A stretch of 59,908 bases of DNA, the filler included, from Nemertoderma westbladi (taxonomy: Eukaryota > Animalia > Xenacoelomorpha): assembly GCA_032718475.1 (NCBI GenBank). It is 3 parts of 3 records of this genome, joined end to end, with 100 filler letters (N's around TTAATTAATTAA, not from the genome) between each part and the next. Parts side by side here need not be neighbours in the genome. Positions count along the whole stretch, not along the records: positions 1 to 26,256 come from JAUCBJ010005817.1; 2 more parts are not named here. One strand, 5' to 3'. The notes beneath the pieces were generated by a model that did no database searches, was not told the origin of the DNA, and was given only the letters and a program-made list of their open reading frames with translations. Below are positions 1-13,006 of this stretch, in pieces (the first letter of the stretch is position 1; the number at the start of each line of letters is the position of its first letter). The position numbers and the translations under genes were made by a program.

Positions 1-846
1 TACTATCTCAGGCCCGGAGATACTAAGTCCGGCCCGGAGATACAGTACTATCTCAGGCTCGGAGATAAGTCCGGCCCGGAGATACTATTTCAGGCCCGGA
101 GATACTATCTCAGGCCCGGAGATACTATCTCAGGCCCGGAGATACTATCTCAGGCCCGGAGATACTATCTCAGGCCCGGAGATATTATCTCAGGCCCAGA
201 GATACTAAGTCCGGCCCGGAGATACTATCTCAGGCCCAGAGATACTATCTCAGGCCCGGAGATACTATCTCAGGCCCGGAGATACTATCTCCGGCCCGGA
301 GATACTATCTCAGGCCCGGAGATACTATCTCAGGCCCGGAGATACTATCTCAGGCCCGGAGATACTAAGTCCGGCCCGGAGATACTATCTCAGGCCCGGA
401 GATACTATCTCAGGCCCGGAGATACTATCTCAGGCCCGGAGATACTATCTCAGGCCCGGAGATACTATCTCAGACCCGGAGATACTAAGTCCAGCCCGGA
501 GATACTATCTCAGGGCCGGACTTAGTATCTCAGGGCCTGAGATAGTATCTCCGGGCCGGACTTAGTATCTCCGGGCCTGAGATAGTATCTCCGGGCCGGA
601 CTTAGTATCTCAGGGCCTGAGATAGTATCTCCGGGCCGGACTTAGTATCTCAGGGCCTGAGATAGTATCTCCGGGCCGGTCTTAGTATCTCAGGGCCTGA
701 GATAGAATCTCAGGGCCGGACTTAGTATCTCCGGGCCTGAGATAGTATCTCCGGGCCGGACTTAGTATCTCCGGGCCTGAGATAGTATCTCCGGGCCGGA
801 CTTAGAAAAAAAAGGGGGAAACCCATGTCCCTTTAGGGGCTCCGTA
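1..846. mobile_element. Right part of a foldback non-autonomous DNA transposon built from inverted 20-bp tandem arrays (IS3EU-like terminus)
   Basis: The unit GATACTATCTCAGGCCCGGA repeats from 1 to ~512, then flips to its reverse complement (~513-805). It is followed by a unique terminus ...ATGTCCCTTTAGGGGCTCCGTA (reverse complement TACGGAGCCCC), matching the TAY..RTA termini described for IS3EU. The left end is outside the window. Confidence 0.6.
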
Positions 847-1029
847 TATATGTCAACAATTAAATTCAATTCAACTCAGATTCATATTTATTTTTCCACA
901 TTTACTCAAATCATTGCAAAAATTATAATACATGTAATGTCATGTGTAATGCCACAATCATGTCTGCTATGGGGAATCCTACATATAACTTTTAATGTTA
1001 ATGGAAGCCTACCCACTACTGATGATAAT

Positions 1030-1520
1030 CCACTAAAAAACGCTGACATCATCCAGTACCTTGGGTCATAGATAGCAGAAATTAGTAACTCAAAGGCGAA
1101 AGGCAAGGGTAGTAGCTCTATCAAAAACAGGAATCAGACCTCTCCCATCACCTGAAGGCCACTTTTATTGAACCACGACGGAGGAAAGTATCTTTATGGT
1201 ACAATGAATGGGAGAATCTTTTAGGCTCGTTAAGCCAAGGAATACCTGTTCACCACCAAGGGTGATCTTCCACAGTAAACCCTTCCACTCTGTTTCCCAA
1301 GTTGCCTTGGTTCCCATTTATCGACCACTGAAGGATGAAAGTCAGGGTTGGGCTAGGCTGCATGGTACAATACCAATTGCATCAACTACTTTACATAAAT
1401 GCAGATTGCGATTCAGTGGGCACTGTTGGAGAAATAAAGACTAGGTCATACCAGATTTACTTTTCTGGCAACCATCTCAAGGTATGCGTTCTTTTGCTCG
1501 ACCGGCTATGACATATAGAG
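1030..1520 (+). mobile_element. Degraded RTE-clade LINE 3' fragment, interrupted by a SINE-like repeat
   Basis: Remnant peptides IQYLGS, RLRFSGHCWRNKD and LLFWQP match the C-terminus of RTE ORF2 seen in better copies at 10.8 and 39.5 kb. Confidence 0.65.
1206..1360 (-). mobile_element. SINE-like dispersed repeat containing a single 60-bp satellite monomer
   Basis: Shares AATGGGAGAATCTTTTAGGCTCGTTAAGCCAAGGAAT..CCTGTTCAC..GGGTGATCTTCCACAGTAAACCCTTCCAC with 51929-52010 and with the 19.1-20.8 kb array. The minus strand carries TTTCATCC..GGTCGATAAATGGG, resembling a conserved SINE central domain. Confidence 0.55.
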
Positions 1521-2962
1521 CGACCAATTTGAAAAGGATGATAATTTATGTACTTGGGAGAAACAATATTGCGACATCCACTGAAATCTCTGGAAACCAG
1601 AAAGCTTCGAATTGTTGTAATCTTTCCTATTAAGAACCTTTCTTATTGTAATAATGAAATATAAAAATTATGTTTTATTATGATTTTTCGTAATCTTTGA
1701 GCCAATCTAAAATTGCTTTACAAATTTATTCAAACTGAAACTATTATTGTATTAAAGTTATAACATATGTAATCATTGATAATATTTATCCATATAAAGC
1801 ACGTTACATTAAAATACATAATTTAATTTATCTAATATAATTAATATAACGTTAGGTAGGCCTATAAAGTATTGCGAATATAAAACGAACAATTGAAATA
1901 AATAGATTTATTTCGCTACAATTTTATACGCGAAGGAATATGTATGCCTGTCTCTACTACACAGTATTTATATAAATATGGGCTAATCAATTTATTTAGT
2001 TAAATATTATTAGGTGACAACTTAATGAACATAAATGTATATATTTCTATATTTTATATTTACCTTTTCCATTAAGTAATACCGTCTACTAAAGCGTCCC
2101 AATTTTGCACTAGTGGTTTACCTATCAAATAAATTTTAGACGTTAGTAGTTTCTGAAACCCGGCAGTACAATTAGAGCCCGCCTCAGACAATGACACAGC
2201 AAATTGATGAATAGTTCAACAGCGTACCGGTATCTGCCAAGAGAGTTGCCCAGCCTCCGGTGTTTCGTGTTTCATGTTCACTGATAACATTACTTTGCTT
2301 TTTTTGCCTTCCTGTGATGTTTTACAATTTCAATTTTTGAATAAAGCATTTTACGCTAAAAGCAACATACAAAAATAATAAATATTGGCACAGCATTGAA
2401 TGTAATGTAATTAAATTCATGTAGCACTTTATACGATTAAAATACTAGAGGAAAATAATGATATTGAATATCATTATTTTTTATGTGATAGAAAATAATG
2501 ATAATAGTGATAATGGGGGTATTTGTAAAAAGGCTTACCTTACTACACTAGTGCAAGTATTTTTCTCCTCTTTTTTTTTTATTTGTTTAAATAATATTTC
2601 AAAAAAATACAAAGTAATAATATTTAATGCAAAGGTTATTATTTAGAAGGTTTTTGCAATTAAATGGCCTACGGCCTTTGAGAATAGCTGAATTTTGAAC
2701 GACAATATTTCACGTATTTCAAAACGAAATTCTGACATATTTACAAATCCTTGTCAATGATATCAATAACTCGCAGTTTCAAGGCTATATTCCAGCCCGC
2801 CGGTGACAGTTTACAATTCCAATCCATGCATTATGATTACTCGGTTGAAACTTTTTTTTTAGATCATGAATGGTTATAGATTAATCAAAGTAAAACTTCA
2901 TGGAAAAATGAAAACGCATAACTCGTTGTATTAAACTGCACCGTGTTGTATAATTGACGTAT

Positions 2963-3673
2963 TTATGTAGCTGTTTCACACTCCATACGTCCGTTGTTCT
3001 CCCGGTATCGTCTGCTGCTAGTCCGAAATCTTCTACTCCCACGATCTTCTCCATTGAAACGACGTTTCAACGTGCTGAGCTGCGTAAAATTCGACGAGAA
3101 ATTAGAGCCGGATCTCCGAAACCGGTGCTGGTTGCTACGGCAACCTAACGCTTTGAGGAAAGCGCTGCGGAATCTTGAACTTACGATGTTGTATAATAAG
3201 GGGTTACTCGCGCTGTTAACGTAAATCATAAAGTTGCACAACGCTTTTATGATCATGTAAGTGTCTGCTGGGACATTATCGAATGCGTGGGTGGCGTAAG
3301 TAGTGAGAACGTTTAACATCCGTCTGGGTAGCCAGCAGAGGAAGAATACAGCTGTTACGGTGCCTACCATAGCTATAACTTGACGCCGTTGACGCATGCT
3401 CCGTGCCTTTGCCGTTATAGAACGACTGTCTGCGGTGACGGAATCATCCATTAGGCGTTTAGTTATCATTATGTACAGGAAACCTAGAACAACTAAAGGG
3501 ATGGCAAAGAACGTTATCTGTAGGATGATCTTGTAGGCCGGTGAGAGGTTCGACACTGAGCACTCCTCGTAACAATAGTGGTCATTAGGAACGGATATAT
3601 GGAGTTTGATGTGGGCTTGTACGCCTGTTGGAAGAGACGTTGCTATAGCAATCATCCATACACCAACCAATAC
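2963..3673 (-). CDS. Class A peptide GPCR, ETH-receptor/PRXamide-receptor-like, last coding exon (TM4-TM7 and C-tail)
   Basis: Acceptor cacttacAG|GTATTG, phase 0. Motifs FFAIPLVVLGFLY (TM5), RQVIAMVGTVTAVFFLCWLP (TM6) and YVNSASNPLLYNIVSSRFRSAF (TM7/helix 8). TAA stop at 2963-2965. Confidence 0.93.
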   Translation of the reverse strand, partial: VLVGVWMIAIATSLPTGVQAHIKLHISVPNDHYCYEECSVSNLSPAYKIILQITFFAIPLVVLGFLYIMITKRLMDDSVTADSRSITAKARSMRQRRQVIAMVGTVTAVFFLCWLPRRMLNVLTTYATHAFDNVPADTYMIIKALCNFMIYVNSASNPLLYNIVSSRFRSAFLKALGCRSNQHRFRRSGSNFSSNFTQLSTLKRRFNGEDRGSRRFRTSSRRYRENNGRMECETAT

Positions 3674-4429
3674 CTGTAAGTGTATTAATGAATATAATAT
3701 TTTTAATATGATATAAATTTAATTAATAAATATTGGCGATATAAATGAAAATAACTATTTCTTTTACAAAAAGAAAGTACTATTTTTTTGTTCGACATTT
3801 TCATCCGCATTTTCGAGGAATAGCGATCTACTAGCGATAATCAATTGAGTTAATGATGGTTGATTCATAGTATAAATAAAACATCCTACTATCTACTATT
3901 AGCACATTCTACTATAAAAAGAGGACAAAAAAATGATTACACAACTAACTATACGTTTTAATGCTAAATTTATTAATAATCACCAAAGTAATTACTGATC
4001 TAGAATAAATAATGCGAAATCAACAGAAAAATCTTCTAGATCGTTGATTGGATAAATATTTTATTGATGCATTTTTGGAATTTTGATTGGATAATTACTG
4101 TTTTGTCCGCATATGCGGTCAAAAAATTCTTTTAAGACCGCATTTTTGCGGAAAAAAAAGAGAATTTTTAAAAGAAAAATATTTATAACATTATAGCACT
4201 GTACCTTTCGCTTCCGAATTTGTTCATTCGTTAGACCAAAATATGGGAGAAAGATTACAAATGCACACATGAATAAAAGCACCGATTAAATTCGACATTC
4301 ACTATGTTTTCTGGCCAAGGTTAAGGCCCTAAGTCTGATGACTTATTTTCAGGGTGTTCCCTCCATAACAATTAATACACCTGGTACTCATGTCAGATAT
4401 GTAATGCAATCAAAATTCCAACTAAAACA

Positions 4430-4550
4430 ACAGCTGAATACTCTCAAAAATAGAACTGTAACCTGTACCATCGACTTTTATTTATTGTTTTGATTTGAAT
4501 AACGTGCCACTCTAACCTGGTCCTTTCACTGATAATTTAACATTGAGATA
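4430..4550. mobile_element. Fragment of a dispersed MITE-like family (other copies ~14290-14440 and ~54607-54885)
   Basis: Shared TTATTGTTTTG..AATAACGTGCCACT.TAACCTG.TCCTTT block at all three loci. Confidence 0.55.
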
Positions 4551-5224
4551 ATTACCAGTTATAAAACCCGAAAATATCGAAAAATACGAAATTATCAACG
4601 AAAATATCGAAAATATAAAACTTTAAATAAAATCTCGCTTTCCAGTACGATAGGTATTATTAGAAGGCACAGTTTACATTTTTTAATTAATAAATTCCGA
4701 TAATTTCGCCCCATTTTTTACCTTGAAATTAATTTAATACCAAATACTGTATGCTGGTTGGTTGTTGGGTGTTGACCAATAATAGCGGCTTGGATGAATC
4801 AATTCAGCATCAGCTGAGATCAGTGTTCTGGTGTATCACAAGCATGGTATAGACTGGGAGGGATAAAGTTAAGGGAACTTGTCCGGTCAGAAAACCCAAA
4901 CCCAAACCAACACTGCATACGCATTACGGTGTACGGTACCTCCGCGTTACAGGTGTAGGGCCCTACTACACTGTACAGTGACTGCCAGGAAAGTGACGCG
5001 GTGGTTGTGAACAGGCTGACTGGGGAACATACCTACACAGAACTGCTGTGCAGCAGTCGCAATGCAGTAGGCCTACACTCTGACTGTATTGTCCTATTTT
5101 GAGCGCCATCTTGTGGTGTTTTGCCATCATTGGATTACCACTAAATACCAATCAGCAGAGACAGTATTTGGTATTAAATTACTTTTAGGGTCGAAAATGG
5201 GGCGAAATTATCGGATTTTAATAC

Positions 5225-7760
5225 TAATCTTCTTTATTTCAGCATATTGCAGCCATATGGTACAGTAAAAGATAGATATATATTAATATTTAGCACAGAG
5301 TATCATACTGTAGTATAGTAAAATTAAATTAGGACGTAAAATAAAATAAATTAAATTAGTAAATGGACTATCTACATAATGTTATGAAGTTACTATATAA
5401 TACTGAGACTGGGCGACACACCAAGCGAACAGTAGAGATAATTGAGTTTATAGATTTATCAACACGTCTATGCAAACTACATAGAGCATGTCTATGTATT
5501 TCAATAAGTGATTTAATACCTAGATTAACAAGCATAGCACTGGCGCTCGTTAGGCAAACCAGTTTCAACATTAAATAAAGGTAAACGAAATAAATTTCTG
5601 ACTGTTTTGTTTATGGCGGTATGCAACTTATTAAAAACAGATTTCGTATAATATATTTTAGACCAGAGAGCATTACAATAAATAGTTGAGCAATATGTAG
5701 TATAAAGAAGTAACTTGATATGATTCGAGCAATTGGCAAACTTACGTATTAACATGTTAGCCCGTCCATAAAAACGACGCGTCTGTGCACCAATATCGAG
5801 GTCATCAGAAAAATCACTTGATATAATATGTCCTAAATACTTAAAGCTCTCCACGACTTTAAGTGGTTTTCCGTCCAAGATTATCGACGCGAAATCAAAA
5901 TGTTTTCGCATCTTACTGCGCATAAAAACGCACTTTGATTTAGCACCATTAAATTTCATACCGTTAGCAGATGCAAACTTGCTACAAATGTCAATGAGCT
6001 CTTGTAGAGCAATAGGTGTAGAGGCAATGATACAGATATCATCAGCATATATTAAATGGTTAATGCACATATCGTTTAAGGAACATCCAAGTTCAGATTT
6101 ACAAAGATCAATACTTAGTTGATTAATAAACAAATTAAAAAATTTAGGGCTAAGCGGGCTACCCTGTCTGACTCCATTGGAGCATGTGAATGGTAAGGAT
6201 TTAAAACCGTTCCATAGCACGATCATGGTTTGATTTGAATACATGAAGATAATAACCCTAATAATAAAAATCGGTACTTTACGTTCAAATAATCTAGAAA
6301 ATAATTTAGAATGATCTACATTGTCGAATGCTTTGGAAGCATCTAAGAAGGATATATACAAATTAGAACCATTAATTAAGTAATAATTAGTAATCTCTTT
6401 TAGCGTATAGACACAAAGTTCAGTCCCTAGTTTGTCTTTGAAACCGAATTGGTTATCTGTTGTAGCCAGTAAGCAATCAATTCGCCTTAAAATGAACAAT
6501 TCGTATATTTTACATATTATATTTGAAACCGCAATAGGACGGTAGTTACTCTTGTCTGTAGTATCACCGGTTTTATCTTTAATAACCGGTGATATATAAG
6601 ACGATATCATACTAGGAGATAAAAAACCATGAATATTAAAACCGGTAAAAATTAATGAAAAAAGCACCATAATCCGTTTACTGGCATAAATAATATGTTC
6701 CGCGGTTAGGTTGTCAGGACCGGACGCTTTATTTCTATCCAACTTCCGAATGAGCTCAGCGATTTCGTTTGGCGAAACTACCATATCCTCGGAAAAGAGA
6801 ATCTCTTTTAAGTACACTGCCTCAGCTATCGGTGGAGGTACTGAAGGGTGCACATGCGGATCGGAATTAGGTATCGTTGGGGGCACCGTAGGGGGCACCA
6901 GCGATGGTGTGGTAACCGTCGGAGACACCGAAGGGGGCTCCGATGTCGAAGGGGGCAGCCAGGTGGGAACCGCACCCAGCGGATTCGCCCAGGTTGAGGT
7001 TGGTATCGAAGCCGAAGTGGGCGCAGACGGGGGCACTGAACCCGATGGGGGCGTCCGGGTGGGCACCGAAGTCGAGGGGGCGCCCAGGTGGGTACCGAAG
7101 CCACAGGGGGCGCCCAGGTGGGCACCGAAGCCGCAGGGGGCGCCCAGGTGGGCACCGAAGCCGCAGGGGGCGCCCAGGTGGGCACCGAAGCCGCAGGGGG
7201 CGCCGAGGTGGGAAGCGAAGTCAAGGGGGGCACCCAGGTGGGCACCGAAGCTGCAGGGGGTGTCCAGGTGGGCACCGAAGCCGCAGGGGCGCGGGCGCCG
7301 GAGTTGTTGCTGAATTAAATATAGTGCGATAATGGAGTTCCCACATGTTAGCAATGTTCTGAGTGCCAGATGCTCCACCCACCGATTGTAGTCGCTGGAG
7401 GGGACTTTATCGCGTTGTCCTTCTTGACATTTTGCCAGAACTTATAACAGTTTTTATCCAATAGGCCTTCCGCTAACTAATCGCAGCGAATTGTTTCGGA
7501 GGTACGTTTAATAAGGCGCAGCTGACGTTTAAATTGTGCCCTCGTTGAGCACATTAAGTGGAACAGTGGGCCGTTCCGGGGGCTACCGTTCGCACGCCAG
7601 TCGAGGAAACTACAGCGGGCCATGCGATGGAGGTGGCTCACCTGGTCATTCCACCCAGGAACATATGTTTGGGTTGGACTACAGGCAGGTTTCGGGATGC
7701 TAACTGGGATATTACCCGTTACTGATGAATGCAGAGCAGACACTACTCCATTATATTTAT
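5225..7760 (-). mobile_element. 5'-truncated LINE (RTE-X-like) with a nearly intact RT domain, in the GPCR intron
   Basis: ORF 5525-7378 has KASGPD, NYRPIA, QFGFK, FLDASKAFD, GVRQGSPLSP, LIYADD, FKYLG and RRFYGRANMLIRKF. The upstream piece reads PGWND..FLDW..G.PR.GPLF..M. The 3' end is CTGAAATAAAG. Frameshifts and one stop are present. Confidence 0.9.
7055..7295. repeat. GC-rich 30-bp minisatellite inside the LINE ORF
   Basis: About 8 copies of GCAGGGGGCGCCCAGGTGGGCACCGAAGCC, decaying into related GC-rich sequence down to ~6830. Confidence 0.9.
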
Positions 7761-7827
7761 AAATTAAGAAATGTAAACTGTGCCTTCTAATAATACCGAT
7801 CTCACTGGAAAGCGAGATTTTATTTAA

Positions 7828-8572
7828 GGGGGATGGGGGGGGGGGGGGGGGGGGGGGGGTACACCATTTTCGGACAACTCTTCGATTTATCACTCTCAGC
7901 GTTTCAAAATTGTTTGGTTTTGGCTAAAATTTGGCATATAAGTGCCTAAGATGCTATTCTACATGACAGGTCAGAAAAATTTTTTTTTTCGCTATTTAAT
8001 ATTAGTTAATACTAGTTAACAATAAAAAAAAACTTGGTTGCGCTTAAAACCCTAAGATTTTAACAGTTTTGAATCTAATCACATGAAAGTTTTTTATATG
8101 ATAGATCAAAGATGGGGCAACATTATCAGGCGAAATTTAGTTAATATAATTCTGCACCGCTAGGTGGCCCTGCAAATTTATGCTAATTTTTAGGTTTTTT
8201 ATAAATAGTATTAAATTTTATTAACAAAAAATTTCGAAAAGTTGTCTGATACTTTTATGCAGGGTGGCTATGTAGACACCCACAGAAAGTTTGAGACTAA
8301 TTACTCAAAAATTATAGAAGTAGTAGGGTTTTGAAGTTGACAATTTCATGAAAAAAATATTTGGAAATAATCGACCTTTCATTGTACATAGTAATAGTAA
8401 TTTCAATAGGATTCCCTAAATGGAAATTGTTATAACTTGAAAACTAAAAGAGCTATTAAATAGCGGTTTTCAGATTTGGAAACACCATTCAATGGTGCAT
8501 TATAATAGACCATAAATAAAATTTCGACATATTTTTGACCAAAATGGTGTACCCCCCCCCCCCCCCCTCCCC
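7828..8572. mobile_element. Kolobok-like MITE with TTAA TSD
   Basis: TTAA|GGGG..(G)n TACACCATTTT.GG.CAA at the left and TTGACCAAAATGGTGTA(C)nTCCCC|TTAA at the right. Removing it restores the host TIR. Confidence 0.8.
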
Positions 8573-8867
8573 TTAAAGTTTTATAATTTCGATATTTTCG
8601 CTATTAATTTCGTCTTTTTCGTTATTTTCGGGTTTTATAACTATCCCTAAAATGTCATCCTTCTTGTGGGGCTGTATCTGGAACACACGATCTATTGAGG
8701 CGGAGGCGGAGGCGGAGGCGGAGGCGGTCCGATCCACGAGAGACGGAAATTCAAGGCAACGTGCTAAACCACCACGCCGCCAATGATATTACAACAAATA
8801 TAAGTAGTGCAGTTGTTAATATAAACGGTTAAATAATAAATTATATATAACAAATACAGTAATGTAC

Positions 8868-9007
8868 CTTGACAGCCCTTCCAACGGTGCATAAGTACTG
8901 AACCTTCAATGGGTAACAAATAGCCATCCAACGCTCGAAAGCCACAACCAGCATTGTAAGAATAGAAGCTTGGGCCGTCACCAACTCCATAAAGGGAATC
9001 ATTTTAC
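8868..9007 (-). CDS. Same GPCR, penultimate exon (TM3, ERW motif, ICL2)
   Basis: Acceptor ttttccAG|GT (phase 1; xGT would complete the conserved TM3 Cys). Encodes KMIPFMELVTAQASILTMLVVAFERWMAICYPLKVQYLCTVGRAVK. Donor AAG|GTACAT is phase 0 and joins the 3673 exon in frame. Confidence 0.92.
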
Positions 9008-9672
9008 CTGGAAAAGATAGCAGCATAAATATAGATTTATATATGATTAGCTACATTTGTTATTTATGATTGACAGGTTGATTGCTGTACTTTGTAAAGC
9101 GCAATTCGTGTCTCTCTCTGCGTGAATTATTTCCGGAGTAACGATTTTGTTTGAGAAGTAATGCTCCTCCGATTCGTAGAAGGACGCTATTCCTCGATAA
9201 TGATTATTGATACATTTCATGGGATCAATTATTATGATCAATAGAATTTCCACATAAATCAACATTGTTGAAACAAACTTGACACAAAAACCGCGGGTGC
9301 TTCAGTCTTACTGGACAGGAAATTAATCATATTATATATTGTGTTTTGTAAGAACACTTGAAGCCCTTATTAACAATATTATGTATGTCTATTATGAAGG
9401 TATGTCGCCGCACAAAATTTGAATTGCATAATATGGTGTCCCATCAAATTTGAAACTGATGTTACAGTTGAGAATAACCTAATCTAAGCCTCCTATAGTC
9501 GCACTCATAGGAAAGTACCGGATGTTCCATAATGATCCCCCCCCCGGCCAGCCAAAACTGCCAGACATGCACCTTAGTGTAATATTTCATTCGAAAGAGA
9601 ATTTAATTCTGAGCTTGGATGCAAAAATTTAGGGTCCAATACAAAAGTATAAAAATTTTATAGACAATTCTT

Positions 9673-10136
9673 TAAACCAATCTTACTTTTCAATATTTGT
9701 GATTTAATCACAATTAAATAAATATATAATTTATCCAGCGTTATTCATCAGCTTTACAGCCATGTTTCCCCTTTTGCAGCACGGGGAGCTCCTCGTTTTG
9801 GTTTGAGTTCAGTTTGATTATCCCACAAAATCACGACCCACTCTAAAAGCAACATCTCTGATCCTGTCAACCATACGTTTTTCTTCAGAGTCATCGAAGA
9901 TTGCACTCGAACTTGTCATTTTAATTACTTCTGTTAGACCTAATTCAGTAAATTTACCAAAGAAACACTAATACCGGTAACTGAATACTGTAATATATTG
10001 CAATACAGCAAAAGTCAGGCAGTAATAACTGTTTAAACAGTGCTGCAACCTGCAAAGCTGATGACTAACGATGGATAAATTATTTTTTTTAAAAATTGTG
10101 ATTAAATCACAAATATTGAAGAGTAAGATAGGTTTA
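9673..10136. mobile_element. MITE with ~85-bp TIRs
   Basis: AAACC.ATCTTACT.TTCAATATTTGTGATTTAATCACAATT...TTATCCA.CGTTA.TCATCAGCTTT is mirrored at ~10052-10136. Confidence 0.8.
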
Positions 10137-10823
10137 ATATTTGTCCTGATACGAATTGTCCGGGTCCCAATTCTCCGGCTTTCTCAAATGCTTTCTTAAT
10201 AAATAAATAGAATAAATAATTTTTTTAAATAAAATTGTTTTATCTAATCAATATATGCAGACATACAACTCTACTCATCTTCACCATCTTCAAATATTGC
10301 TGGACTGCCGGCGGAGATACCTGGATGTCTAATTGCTATCCACTATCAGTTGCTGATTCTTATCTATCTGTGCATTAACTATAGCGCAATACTCAGTCAT
10401 ACATGAAGGAAATAAAATAAAGTGGAAAGAAAACTAATCGGCACAATGGGTGAACTACTACATTATGAACAAACCAGCAGAGCAAACCTGCAGTATCTGT
10501 ATTGTATTGTTTTATTTTGGCGTACAAAATCATTTACGCTTAAATAATTTCATGCGGGCAGCAGTTGAATAGAGGACTACCCAGTAGGAGAAACAGTGCA
10601 TGTGCAAAAAAAATAATGTTTTTAATAATAATTCAATAACATAATACTATCAGCGTAGAATTAGAAACCGTAACTCTCTGTTGATGTCATTCAGTGTGTT
10701 GGGTCCTGAATTCTCGTCAGACGTATGGCCAGTCCTTAGAGAGACTGGTATCTGATGCACCTGTGACTGAGATACGTATCTATTTTGAAGACGATTATGC
10801 CCGGGTATGAGTAGCGAGCCAAT

Positions 10824-13006
<2,183 letters not shown>

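Larger units (their letters stand above)
4557..8642. mobile_element. Foldback MITE with ~190-bp TIRs; right TIR split by a LINE and a second MITE
   Basis: Left arm 4557-4750 (AGTTATAAAACCCGAAAA...GGCACAGTTTACATTT...CCGATAATTTCGCCCC...ACCAAATACTGT). Its reverse complement is recovered as three pieces: 5161-5220, ~7757-7827 and 8577-8642. Confidence 0.8.

Noticed and set aside
6711-7332. Plus-strand Gly-rich ORFs
   Set aside because: Antisense readings of the GC-rich minisatellite in the LINE.
7828-7859. Long G/C homopolymers (also ~20908, 24722, 44124, 46872, 54583) as G-quadruplex elements
   Set aside because: Several are at MITE termini, and homopolymer lengths are unreliable in assemblies.
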